Source: Lepidodermella squamata (lineage: Eukaryota; Animalia; Gastrotricha). From it: a stretch of 64,000 bases of DNA. Positions within the stretch are counted from its first letter, which is position 1; each line of letters starts with the position of its first letter. The stretch lies in assembly GCA_047495785.1 (NCBI GenBank), contig JBLDXI010000032.1, forward strand, positions 558,001 through 622,000. The letters run 5' to 3'. The translations under genes were made by a program, and so were the position numbers. Below are positions 1 to 11,092 of the stretch, piece after piece. Below the pieces are notes generated by a model. The model was not told the origin of the DNA and did no database searches. It saw only the letters and a list, made by a program, of their open reading frames with translations.

Positions 1-1097
1 TCATTTCACTGACTCCTATTAACAGACTTTAGCTAGCTGCTCGACTTTTCGAAGTCTATAATTATTGGTTTGTACTTGTATCCGTGTGAGTCGAAGTACA
101 ATGTTGTGAGCGAATTTTAATAATAAATTTTTTAATTTATCATCTTTTGTGACTGAAGTGCTTTCGATTCAAAGCTGGCTCGATGCGTAATCAAATGGAT
201 TCGAACTCTTGAGCGAACGGAACGGGACATTCAGTGTATTTTTAGCGTTAACTGGAATAATTATAAATGTCGGGGGGTTTTAATTCCATTAATACCCTTG
301 CCTGCTTCCTCGTATCTGGAAATAGCATCTGAAAATCCGGACAGCTGAAAATAACCCCCACGATTTGGTTGGGATTTGAGTGTCGTATGTCACCAACTTG
401 AAAGACTCGAAAATTACGTTAATCCCTTCCTCACTCTGGCTTGCTTTCGAATTTGAATACTTTTGCAATGTCCCCGGGCAGCTTTCAAGTTGAGATTTTG
501 CTTACACAGGCGTAAAGACTGAGTCGTGGTAATCACCTGGAATCCAAGACATGTTTGTTTTCAAACGTATACGGGGTGCATTAGCAAGATTGAAGAGATC
601 GAGTAAAAGTCGGACACCCGTTTGGGCGGCGTCTTTAGCAACATTTTTTAGGACTACCCGGACTTGCTCCTATCTTTTGATCAATCAAACTGATCAATCC
701 GATGAAATTCTTTGAAATAAACTTGTCAACTTGTATGAAATGGATGCATGGCTTATAAAACCCCGTTTGAAGCCCAACTAATGATGAAAGCTGTTTCCGT
801 GAAGGCTTTGTCATTGGCGAACTTCGGACTTCGATGGTTCTGATGATTAAGAATAAGCATCACCAAATAGCCAGTCCGGTAAAAAATGACCGTGTTAGGT
901 ATTATAGCTTGGATATTAATAAATAATCTCCAAGTTCTATCACTGCTCGCTCTATTATAGACACCCGGCTGATACCGCCGTGGGAGAGCTGATAAGGAAC
1001 GAGATTAAGGTGACCGGTTGTCCACAATTTTTTAACCACTTCGGTGCAAGCACACTAAAGTCAAGAGTAAAAAAGAAATTATACTTTGATCGTGTCC

Positions 1098-1790
1098 ATG
1101 GATCAGCCAAATTACACTCTACATTACTTCCACGCCCGCGGTCGAGGCGAGTTGGTTCGCTACATGTTCACCTACAGCAAGATTCCATTCATCGACCGCC
1201 GATTCACTATGCAAGAATGGCCTCCGATCAAAACTCTGACGCCTTTGGGTCAGGTTCCTATCCTAGAGTGGCGTAAGGATGGAAAAAAGCAAGCTATCAT
1301 CCAAAGCGGCGCTATCATCCGCCACGTCGCAGCTGTCGCTGGGCTGTACGGAAGCAGTGACGAAGAGGCTGCTCGAGCCGATGAAGCCTACGAAAGCTTG
1401 AAGGAAGTACAGGAAGCTATGTACAAAGCCATTTTCGAACCTGACCCAGCCAGGAAGGAGGCGAACAGGACTGCGCTTCGGGAGAACGTCCTCCCGCGTG
1501 TTTTCAAGTTCCTAGAGAAGAAACTGCAAGAAAACAACGGAAAAAATCTTGCCGGTGGTGAAAACGTGAGCTTTTAATTTCTGTCTGTACCTATTACAAA
1601 TTTTCCTACGTAACAGTACACATACGCTGACATCTATTTGGCACAGTACTTTGACTCATTGAGACGAAGCGGGACGGTCGAAGATTCAGACTGGGACATT
1701 GCCCCAGGTCTTGTGGCCTTGGGAAAGACAATAGAAGCAACGCCTGAAATCGCGGCATACCTTGCGAAACGCGAAAATACTCCATTTTAA
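1098..1790 (+). CDS. Sigma-class-like GST (GST1), 2 exons, intron 1566-1616
   Basis: LHYF..RGRGE, P.GQVP and QSGAI motifs. A GT-AG intron joins a YTYADI..RENTPF* exon in frame. Confidence 0.93.
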
Positions 1791-1830
1791 GACGACATCG
1801 TAACAGTGACAATCAAATGCCAAGAAACAT

Positions 1831-4191
1831 TTAGCGCTTAAAAACGTAATAAAAATTAACGATGCTAGCAAATGCTGCCTCGACTAGAAACGTGAAGCTC
1901 AGGGTGACTTGTTTGTCTAGTGGCTCCGTGAGAATCAACAGAATAAGCACCGTCGCAGTTATGAGAGTTATTGAGTTGATCAAAGTGCTGACAATGTTGC
2001 CGAATTCAAGAGTTTTAGCCAGTCCATCAATCTTTTTCAGCTGAGTGAACTCAGAGAATGCCAGTAATAGACAGGCTATTAACGGTAACACGTGAATCAA
2101 TAATAGAGCCAGAATCCACGGTAAAGATTCCGAGTAATCACAGCTCGCCGTCCTAAACTCGAAGTAAGTATCTGTCTTGTAGTCATAGCCTGATGAAAAG
2201 ATATTAGGGATTGTTTCAAATCGAACCGACTCGATTGCCAACCACGCAATCAAGATGACTGAATTTATGCAGACGAATAAGGCCAGTGTCTTAAAATAGT
2301 GTCGCGTATTAAACTTCTGAACAATTGCATTCTGAATAATTATAAGCCTGCGTGATTTCACTTGCCCTCTGGCATCGACCACACGCCTCCGGGTACTAGT
2401 ATTGACTGACTGAGAATGAGTTTTTGAAGACAATGTGTCTTCTTGGAAGCTTTCCACTACAATGACTTGGCCGTATTGCTTGATAAGAACTTTGATATGT
2501 TGCCTGATAAACATGAGTTTGGCAATCAAACCCCCGTGGTAAAGAGACAGTGCTATGGTTGCCAGAGCTATATTTATATTACAAATTTGTGGAACGCCTG
2601 CAAACCAACCTCCGGGCGTCGAATGAATGCAAGCCGAAATTAACAGCAGAAGAACAGCTGCAGACGAAACTACTTTGTATGCCAGAACAACTGATATTCG
2701 CCGAGAGTTTTCCAACCGGCAGTATCCGATCAGGGCAGCAAGAGATAGCATTAACGATACAATTGATAGTGACCAAATAATTCCAGTCACTACTCGGCTT
2801 ACATCCTTCATAACTGTCTCCACCGTTCTCGAATCCTTCGGAGGTTTCCCGTCATTTGTCGCCCAGACTATAGGTCTTAAGGCAAGTATATTCGGCGTGG
2901 ATGACGCGTTGTCAGGGTTCAGTTTCACGGATAACAAGTCGATAGGATTAGAGCTGATTTCAGACAGAAGGTAAGAGACGTATTGAGGTTCGTAGTCCAT
3001 TTCTAAGCGGGGTGAATACTTGGTCCTGCCAACGCGAGCTCCGATGAAGTCAGTCACGGCAAGAGACTGATTCATCACGTGACTCACCTCTTTAGGGTAA
3101 TCGCGATAGTCAGACAAAGTCATCGAAAAATTCCTCAGGATTCTTTCAGATCGGTCAAGGGCTACCAAAGCTTCAACCATAGCGTCGTGGCATAGTTGTC
3201 TCATAATGTAATCAGAGCCTCGGGATGAATTCATCATTTCATCCAATCTGTTCTCGAATCCTGTCAAGTCATACCCTAAGGCTAGTGGACCGAATGGTAT
3301 GGTGGAAACAGTGGTTGGACCGATCCAATAGGTGTATCTATACTGTTCCCTAACTATCTCCCTGGTACAGCCTGGGTAGATGACTAGGGGCAAGCTTGGT
3401 TCGTCAACGAATCCAGCTGCATGAGCTAGGAAGATGTACCTAGACCCGGTTATTCCGACCTTATAAGCCTGGCAGAACAATCGCTGCATAAAAGCTGGCC
3501 TGTTCCCAACATCAATGTTAATGATTCGAGCGTCGCCATTTTTCAGAGATTCGATAACGGAATCGCTTACATCGCTCACTATATCGAACCAAGGAATAGC
3601 GATTCCTTTTGAAGTAGCGAGTTGGACGAATAACGCCGCGACTGAGTAGTCGTAAATTGACAGGGCATTGGTGATTACCGCCACTTTTTTCCATTGCCCG
3701 AATTTCAGGATGAATTCGACTTTTGGAATATTCACGTCTTCGCCGGGCATGCTGATTCTGTAGAGATTCGGGTAGTTCTTCCTATCACCAGTAAAAAATG
3801 GAGTACTGCAGGCTGTTCCAACAGCTGTCATGTTAACGTGATGGAGCAGTTGAGCCAAGCGTTGGCATCCCGTCGTGAAGTAAGGTCCAACAATGATAGG
3901 GGAGAGGTTAGCAACATCAATTCTCTCTCTGAACTCCATCATTCTGTTGACAACTTGAAGAGCCACGGGTCCTTCATCTCTATACACAGCATTGATGTGA
4001 TAATCGGGTATGAAGCTGGTGTTGTTATTCGCTGCGTCGACGGCTACTTGCATTGAGGCTCTGCAGAACTTTCCGTCCCTTGGTTCATTGCCTGTAAAAG
4101 CGACAAAGGCCAGAATATCCAGCCCTTTTGCCTTCTTCCCTGCAGCAAAGAAGAAAGTCTTTGCTAGAACGATGGCGAATAGCAAACGCAT
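1831..4191 (-). CDS. Intronless class C (GABA-B-like) GPCR: signal peptide, Venus-flytrap domain, 7TM
   Basis: 786 aa ORF with hydrophobic N-terminus. ANF-type motifs (AVDAAN, IIVGP, YPNLYR, WKKVAVI), a GKPPKD linker without a Cys-rich domain, then seven hydrophobic segments. Confidence 0.85.
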   Translation of the reverse strand: MRLLFAIVLAKTFFFAAGKKAKGLDILAFVAFTGNEPRDGKFCRASMQVAVDAANNNTSFIPDYHINAVYRDEGPVALQVVNRMMEFRERIDVANLSPIIVGPYFTTGCQRLAQLLHHVNMTAVGTACSTPFFTGDRKNYPNLYRISMPGEDVNIPKVEFILKFGQWKKVAVITNALSIYDYSVAALFVQLATSKGIAIPWFDIVSDVSDSVIESLKNGDARIINIDVGNRPAFMQRLFCQAYKVGITGSRYIFLAHAAGFVDEPSLPLVIYPGCTREIVREQYRYTYWIGPTTVSTIPFGPLALGYDLTGFENRLDEMMNSSRGSDYIMRQLCHDAMVEALVALDRSERILRNFSMTLSDYRDYPKEVSHVMNQSLAVTDFIGARVGRTKYSPRLEMDYEPQYVSYLLSEISSNPIDLLSVKLNPDNASSTPNILALRPIVWATNDGKPPKDSRTVETVMKDVSRVVTGIIWSLSIVSLMLSLAALIGYCRLENSRRISVVLAYKVVSSAAVLLLLISACIHSTPGGWFAGVPQICNINIALATIALSLYHGGLIAKLMFIRQHIKVLIKQYGQVIVVESFQEDTLSSKTHSQSVNTSTRRRVVDARGQVKSRRLIIIQNAIVQKFNTRHYFKTLALFVCINSVILIAWLAIESVRFETIPNIFSSGYDYKTDTYFEFRTASCDYSESLPWILALLLIHVLPLIACLLLAFSEFTQLKKIDGLAKTLEFGNIVSTLINSITLITATVLILLILTEPLDKQVTLSFTFLVEAAFASIVNFYYVFKR

Positions 4192-4647
4192 GGCGTTCTG
4201 TTCGATCTTGCAGAGAAGCTTATCAGAAATTCAAAACGAATCGAGAAGAGTATGTGGACATATGAAGCTAACTTGCAGCGAACAACAATTTCAGTGACTC
4301 AGACAAGGAACGTCCTTAGTCGGAACTATTCTTCTCTCTTGCTTTCAAAAGAATTTCCGAGATATTTGAATGCATGCGTGAATAACACTATCACATTTCC
4401 CTTCCGCTTTCTGATCACTTTCGAGACTTTAATTGTCAAAGACCAGGGCAATATAAAGTCCGTTAACGTGGGCTTTTAATACTCCAGTCAAGATCATTTA
4501 CAGCGAGTGAACATACTGACCGATATTCTACCTTATCTACAATAATGACCAGATAAAAAAGTTATCGGACCGAGCGATGCGTTTTTGAAAGCTAATGGAG
4601 TTTCATTATATGCAGAATTGAGCCCACAAAAGCTAAGTGCTTGTAAA

Positions 4648-5347
4648 ATGTCCTACACTGTACATTACTTTAACGCTCGTGGCCGAGCTGAAGTCATTCG
4701 ATACATGTTCGTCATGAGCAAGACTCCTTACACTGACCACCGTTTCGAACGCGATGAATGGATCAACACAATCAAGGCTACAATGCCATTGGGTCAAGTT
4801 CCTTCACTCGAAGTCAATAAGGACGGCAAAACGATACACATTATTCAAAGTGGGGCCATTGCCCGCTACGTTGGTCGAGTAACTGGTATGGCTGGAAAGT
4901 CGCTCGAAGAGACAGTTAAAGCGGATGAAGCCTTCGAAAGCCTACGAGAACTTTTGGATTTCTTCGGGAAGGTTTTCATTGAAAGCGACGCGGAGAAGAA
5001 GGCCAAGTTGTTAACGCAGCTTACGGACGAAGTAATTCCTCGCATTTTCGGGTTCTTGGAACGTCGCCTCAAAGAGACCGGCGGTAGAAATCTTGCCGGT
5101 GGTGACGGGGTAAGTCAACTCCATCATTCTTTTTACTGAAAAGTTTAGAGTTTTTGTGGATTTTCAGTACACCTATGCCGACGCTTTCTTGGCTCAAATT
5201 TACGACGCTATACCGCGGGACAAAATTTTGGATGCCCAGAAGACTTGGGAAAAGTTTCCAGGATTAACTGCTCTGGCCAAGGCTATTAACGAGTCGCCTG
5301 AAATTTCAGCCTACATCGCCACTCGTGACAACAACACTCCGTTTTAA
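4648..5347 (+). CDS. Sigma-class-like GST (GST2), intron 5110-5167
   Basis: MSYTVHYFNARGRAE, MPLGQVP, QSGAI. Second exon YTYADA..RDNNTPF*. Confidence 0.93.
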
Positions 5348-5534
5348 TACGGCGCATGTTGACGATCCAAGCACGATATTGCTTGCTTATATAGGAAAGC
5401 CACCAAGCAAGATTTTTGAAGTGGCGTTTTTTCTTTACCAGTTGTAAGCCACGAGTCAGTAATGAATGAAAAAATCTTGCTATACGATAATATTTTCGTG
5501 AATTTCGTTAATTTTTTGTTGACTTCTTCTTAGG

Positions 5535-6236
5535 ATGGCAACTAATTTTATTCTTCATTACTTTCACGGCCGAGGCCGCGGTGAGCCGATTCGTTACCTG
5601 TTCATCTACAGCAAGACGCCCTATACTGATAACCGCATACCCTTCGACCAATGGCCATCGCATGAGGTCAAAAACACAGACCTACGCCGGGTTCCTGTTC
5701 TCGAGTTCACTAAGAAAGACGGCAAACGAGGTAAGCTCGCGCAGAGTGGCGCCATTGTGCGCTTCGTTGCCCAGGCAACTGGCTTGGCCGGCAAATGTCC
5801 GGAAGAAACGGCCCACGCTGATGAGGCCTTCGAAAGCATTCGTGAGGTTGTCGACTTTATGGCTCGGGTCTTCTGGGAGAAGGACGCGGAACAGAAGGCT
5901 GCGCTTCATAAACAACTGACCGAAGTGTTGATCCCACTTATTTTCGGGTTCTTGGAGCATCGTTTGATCGAAAATGGCGGGAAAAGCCTGATTGGAGGAG
6001 ATACTGTGAGTTGAACCTATAAGTTTGAATTTTAAATGTTGAAATTCTTCTTGCAGGTTGCTTATTCGGATTTGTATCTCGCCCAATTTTACGATGCTAT
6101 CCCTCATGACAAAATGCTTGACCAGGCGGTTATGACCGAAAAATATCCTCACCTTGCTGCCTTGGCTAAGTCTATCAATACATCCCCGGATATTGCTGCT
6201 TATTTGGCCACGCGAGACAACAATACGCGATTCTGA
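5535..6236 (+). CDS. Sigma-class-like GST (GST3), 2 coding exons
   Basis: LHYFHGRGRGE and QSGAI. Intron at the shared GG.x position. Ends RDNNTRF*. Confidence 0.9.
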
Positions 6237-6428
6237 ATTCAATTTGAAGTTATTGCTTGACCTTATTCGGCCTTGATTATCCATATTATTTTTGGTTGAT
6301 TGAAATCGATGATAAAGCAATAAATTCGCAGCTTCTCACCTTTTCTTTTATTCGACCGTGAAGGTGTGATTTTTTGGTGACTTTAAAGTGCGCAATAATT
6401 AAGCACTTAATTCTAGCTCGCGGCAATA

Positions 6429-7182
6429 ATGGAGAAAGATAGCGAGGTTACGGTTCACTACTTCAACGCAAGGGGCAGAGCTGAGTTGGTCCGATGGATC
6501 TTGACATTCGCTAAGAAAGACTTCGAAGACCACCGAATTGCTAATGCAGACTGGCCAGCTTTTCGACCTCAAGCGCCTATTGGCGAGCTTCCTTTCATTG
6601 AATTTAAGAACAAGCAAAGCGGGAAAACGGCGACCTTATGCCAACCAGCGACAATGGCGCGACAACTGGCGGTCCTGTTCAATTTGGGCGGTAAAGATTT
6701 CGAACAACGAGCTAGGGCTGATGAAGCTTTCGAGTGCTTACGAGAAATCATGGACATTGGCGCGAAGGCTGTGTTCGAAAAAAATCCATCATTACGCAAT
6801 AAAATGCTGAACCACATTCAAAAAGTTATCATGCCACCGATTTTCGCCTATCTAGAACGGCTAGCTAAAGAAAATTTCGGGAAAAATTTAGCTGGCGGAG
6901 AAGGGGTGAGAAAATTCCAAAAAATTCAATTTAATTATTAAAATTGCAATTTTAGTTCACGTATGCGGATCTGACACTAGCCTTGCTTTTCGATACTCTG
7001 AATGCTTCAAACGTGGACGGTATGGATAAAATTGAGCGGGTTTATCCAACACTTTTTTCAATCGCGAAACGTGTGATGGAAACGCCAGAAATTCGCGTAA
7101 AAATTGCAAAATTTATATCAAATTTTTTTATTACTTTTTTTAACAGGAGTACCTTGCTAAACGACCTGACACTGCATTTTAA
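6429..7182 (+). CDS. Sigma-class-like GST (GST4), 3 exons
   Basis: VHYFNARGRAE and ADEAFE. Exons FTYADL.. and EYLAKRPDTAF* are joined by GT-AG introns. Confidence 0.9.
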
Positions 7183-7602
7183 GCAATACACTTAATTTAA
7201 TGTCCTGACTTGTTTAACTTGAACCACAATAAACTGTATAATTGAAAAATATGTCAAGAGAATCACACGACTTATGATTATTATTTGCCTGCGTATATAG
7301 GTGAAGGAGTTTTTCGCTGCTTTATTTATAATTTAATTTATTCACTACCCTATACAGCGTGTTTGCGTGTTCAGCTGTTTGCTGCGATATAAAAATCATC
7401 GATAAACCCGCGCGAAATAACGCTACTGAGAGCTATTACTGCGTGCCTTGACGCGCACACACACACGACGCCGGAAATCGATTTCCGTCGCATTTTTTTC
7501 CCTCAGCACGTCAGGCTACAATTTATTTCGCAGTCTACACACCGCGCTTTTTTCGACCCATTTCTTCTTACTTTGCAAGTTCACCTTTGGACACGCTGAA
7601 AC

Positions 7603-8416
7603 ATGGATAAGGATAGCAAAATCACTGTTCACTATTTCAACGGAAAAGGTGAGCATTTCATTGCTTGAAAATAAATCGTCTAAGTATAATCATGTTGTAG
7701 GTCGAGCTGAACTCTCCCGACTCATTCTATCGTATGCTGGGAAGGAGTTTAAAGATCAGCGTTACACGAAGGAAGACTGGCCAGCTTTCAAACCTCAAGC
7801 GCCTCTAGGGCAACTGCCTGTTATAGAATTCACGAACAAAGATGGAAAATCGGTGATGCTAGCCCAGAGCGCAACCCTTGCCCGAACTTTGGCTACGATG
7901 TATGGATTGAATGGCAAAACTTTGGAAGAACAAGCTCGTGCCGATGAAGCTTTCGAGAGTATCCGGGAAGTTATGGAATTTGGCGCTCAGCTACATTTCG
8001 AAAAGGACGCTGCTAAGAAGGAAGAAATGGAAAAGAAAATGGCGACTGATCTCATGCCGCGAATTTTCGGCTACCTTGAGAAAAAGGCCTTGGAACATGG
8101 CGGCAAGAACGTTGCTGGAGGGTCAGGGGTGAGTGTCGTGGTCGTGTTGCATCAGAGAATTTTCATAATTCCTTCATTTTATATAGCACACCTATGCCGA
8201 TATTGGCATTGCCATGGTTTATGATCACACGAAACCGATGAAGGAGAAGCTGGAAATGCTTGAAAAACATTTCCCAACGATGACTGCCATTGCCAAGGCT
8301 GTTCTGGATAATCCTGGTGTTAAGGTCTGCGATTACTTTCCTCCGGTTTTTTCAACAATGATTTTATTTATAAATTATAGGCTTATATTGCTAAACGTCC
8401 TGTCACGGAGTTCTAA
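7603..8416 (+). CDS. Sigma-class-like GST (GST5), 4 exons
   Basis: MDKDSKITVHYFNGK|GRAE, APLGQLP, QSA. Ends AKRPVTEF*. Confidence 0.9.
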
Positions 8417-8949
8417 ACAATACGATCAGGAATTCCGGGGAAAAAACGATTTACTGACTCAAATGACCTGAAATCTCTGATAATAATCCAATATGTAATA
8501 ATGTTGACTGCCGTTATTAAGATTGCTCGCAGGAACCCATCAGCCTTTATTATCTTCAGTTAATCGACACTTTCACCTTGAAACTTGAAATAAACTATCA
8601 TTCACATCAACATCGAAATCATGTTAATAATTGTATTATACAGAATTGTCAGAGTAAGACTCTGAACTCCAAACGATTTTCCGATTTTCCGAAATTTCTG
8701 AATATTTATAAAAAGGTTCTCTCATAATTATTTTTGGAATAACATCCCTTTTGGTTCCTGGAATGGACCTGGAGGTTTCAGGAATGGTTCGAGGAGCTCA
8801 ACTAAATTGCCATTTAATTTCGCTTGGAAAGCATGGCAAAGAATGTGAAAGAATATTTTCTACAGATTGATTTAACAGCAATTAAAATGCGATTTTATAG
8901 CAATCGAAGGGATTCAAAGGGTTTCCTAGCTAAACGTCAGCTTTGAGTC

Positions 8950-9400
8950 AGGAAATACTGATATCTTTTAGCGGAACCCAATTTACGGGATTTTTAACCC
9001 AATTTGCTTTTGCGGAACCAAGCTCAATGTTGTTCCTTTTTTTATTTTATTTTTTTATTTTAATTTAATTTTAATTTTAATTTAATTATTATATTTAATT
9101 TAATTTAATTTAATTTATTTTAATTTTCAAAAAATTGCAGGAATTTGGCGATGAATGATTTCTAAGGTGAGCGCTACGCCTTGCACTTAATTTTACGCAG
9201 AATTTAAAATATTATTTCGAATTACGATAATCTAAAAATAAAAGTTTTGGGAATACTAAAAAAAGACCTTAGGCCAAGGCCAAATAAATATTCCGAAAAA
9301 TACGGTTCCGCTCATCGTACATTTGGTTCAGGTAACAGGTAACGGGAGATATTTCGGACTAAAGTCTAGGCGATACAGCACTTTTTTAAGGAACCCGGCT
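8950..9400. repeat. Degenerate copy of the GGAACC repeat/MITE family, with an internal (TTTAA)n low-complexity tract at ~9040-9125
   Basis: ATATCTTTTAGCGGAACCCAATTT (~8961) matches the terminal repeat of the 28.6-28.9 kb element. Several GGAACC/GGTTCC motifs are present. Confidence 0.5.
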
Positions 9401-10014
9401 TTACGATATTAATTGCAGGCCGGGTTTTGCAAGGTCAAAGTCCACGCTATTGAGACCGTGCAGTTAAAAATGACAGTCAAAAATGCTCCAAAAGCTGTCG
9501 GGCTGTAATTTCAATAATAGTCTGAGAAATCCGGAAAAAATTTGAAAAAAGGCTTAACGTCACAGAATTTCATTAGCTGATTATACTAACACCAACATTT
9601 TCGACGTTTGGCTCGGGTCCAACCCTTTCATAAATTTTCGAGATGCCCGTTCCTCGATTTCGCCATGTCATATCAGGTCAAAAAGGAAGAAGGGGTCACT
9701 ATCTCGGATGGTCACAACTTTCACGCTGGAGATTGCAAGGCTATGCTTTCGAGAAGTTTCCTAGTTATCATTATGCAAATAAGTGGGTCGTGTTATTTGC
9801 TATGCTACGTCGGCCGTTAGGGCTAGAAATTTGCCGGTCATGCCATACAGCGGTGATAGCGGCTTGTTTACACACCGTTTTTTTCCGTTCCTTATCTTTT
9901 TCGACCGACTTCCCAAGCCTTTATAAACCAGCTAGTTCGGGGTTGAAGACCAGTGTCTCTGAATTCGCATTTCGACTAATACTTCTCGCAATAAAGACTT
10001 CATCCCGCAACGCA

Positions 10015-10662
10015 ATGGCTGATCACAAAATCACCCTGCACTACTTCAACGGCCGTGGCCGTGCTGAGTTGGCCCGCTTCCTGTTGGCCTATGTTGGTCG
10101 TGAATACACCGACAAGCGCTACACCATGGAGGAATGGCCGGCGATCAAGGCCAACTTCCCCCTTGGCCAGCTGCCCGTCATCGAGATCCACAAGCCCGAT
10201 GGCACCAGCGAGCACATGACCCAGAGCGCCAGCATTGTCCGCGCTATCGCCTCATGGCACGGCCTCAACGGCAAGACCCCGAAGGAAACCGCCCGTGCTG
10301 ACGAGGCCTTCGAGGCCGCGAAGGAGGTGCTGGAGGCTGGCATGAAGGCTTTCTTCGAGAAGGACGCCGCCAAGAAGGCCGAGCTGACCGAGGCTGCCAA
10401 GCAGATCGCCCACCGCATCTTCACCTTCCTGGAGGCCAAGGCCAAGGCCCACAACGGCAAGAGCGTCGCCAGCGACGAGGCCATCACCTATGCCGACGTC
10501 ACCCTCGGCCTCATCCTTGACAACGCACACAACAACAAGACCAAGGAGGAGATTGATGCCTTCTCGGCCAAGTTCCCCACCATCCATGCTATTGCCAAGT
10601 CTGTCTTGGACAACGCTGGCCTCAAGGCTTACCTTGCCACCCGCCCGGCCACTCCTTTCTAA
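10015..10662 (+). CDS. Intronless, strongly GC3-biased sigma-class-like GST (GST6)
   Basis: MADHKITLHYFNGRGRAE..RPATPF*. TATAAA at ~9922, AATAAA after the stop. Confidence 0.95.
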   Translation: MADHKITLHYFNGRGRAELARFLLAYVGREYTDKRYTMEEWPAIKANFPLGQLPVIEIHKPDGTSEHMTQSASIVRAIASWHGLNGKTPKETARADEAFEAAKEVLEAGMKAFFEKDAAKKAELTEAAKQIAHRIFTFLEAKAKAHNGKSVASDEAITYADVTLGLILDNAHNNKTKEEIDAFSAKFPTIHAIAKSVLDNAGLKAYLATRPATPF

Positions 10663-11092
10663 ACCAATCAGGACGATTTCAACTCCTGAATAAAATTTCT
10701 GTAACCACTTTGATGAAGATCAAATAAAAAGTAGTTCAGAAGTCTTCGTCTCTTTTTGAGAGAGTTTTTAGGTGTCACAAGCCAATTATCAGTTATCATC
10801 ACAACATTAAGATTATACTGATGGGGCTATATACATATGGGTGCAAGCTGTATTCAGGGTTAAAATTGATTTTGTAGTCGGTTCGATCGTCACAGTTCAT
10901 TGCATATTCACGCTTTAGGAAATCTGGGGGGAGCTTTAGGAAATTTCGACACCAAAATATGACTGACAACGTGCTAATCGTCTAGACGCGCAGTCGTCGT
11001 TATGGAAAGAGGGCGAGTCAACATTGCGCGCAGCGATACACGATGAACCTTATCATTATGATTTAACATACTGAGAAAAGCGACCATAAATA

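Noticed and set aside
9643-10014. 124-aa N-terminal extension of GST6 in the ORF track
   Set aside because: It spans the TATA box and promoter motif, lacks the codon bias, and paralogs start at the Met at 10015.
10000-10587. Antisense ORFs over GST6, and similar ones over other GSTs
   Set aside because: Shadows of strong sense-strand codon bias with no recognisable motifs.
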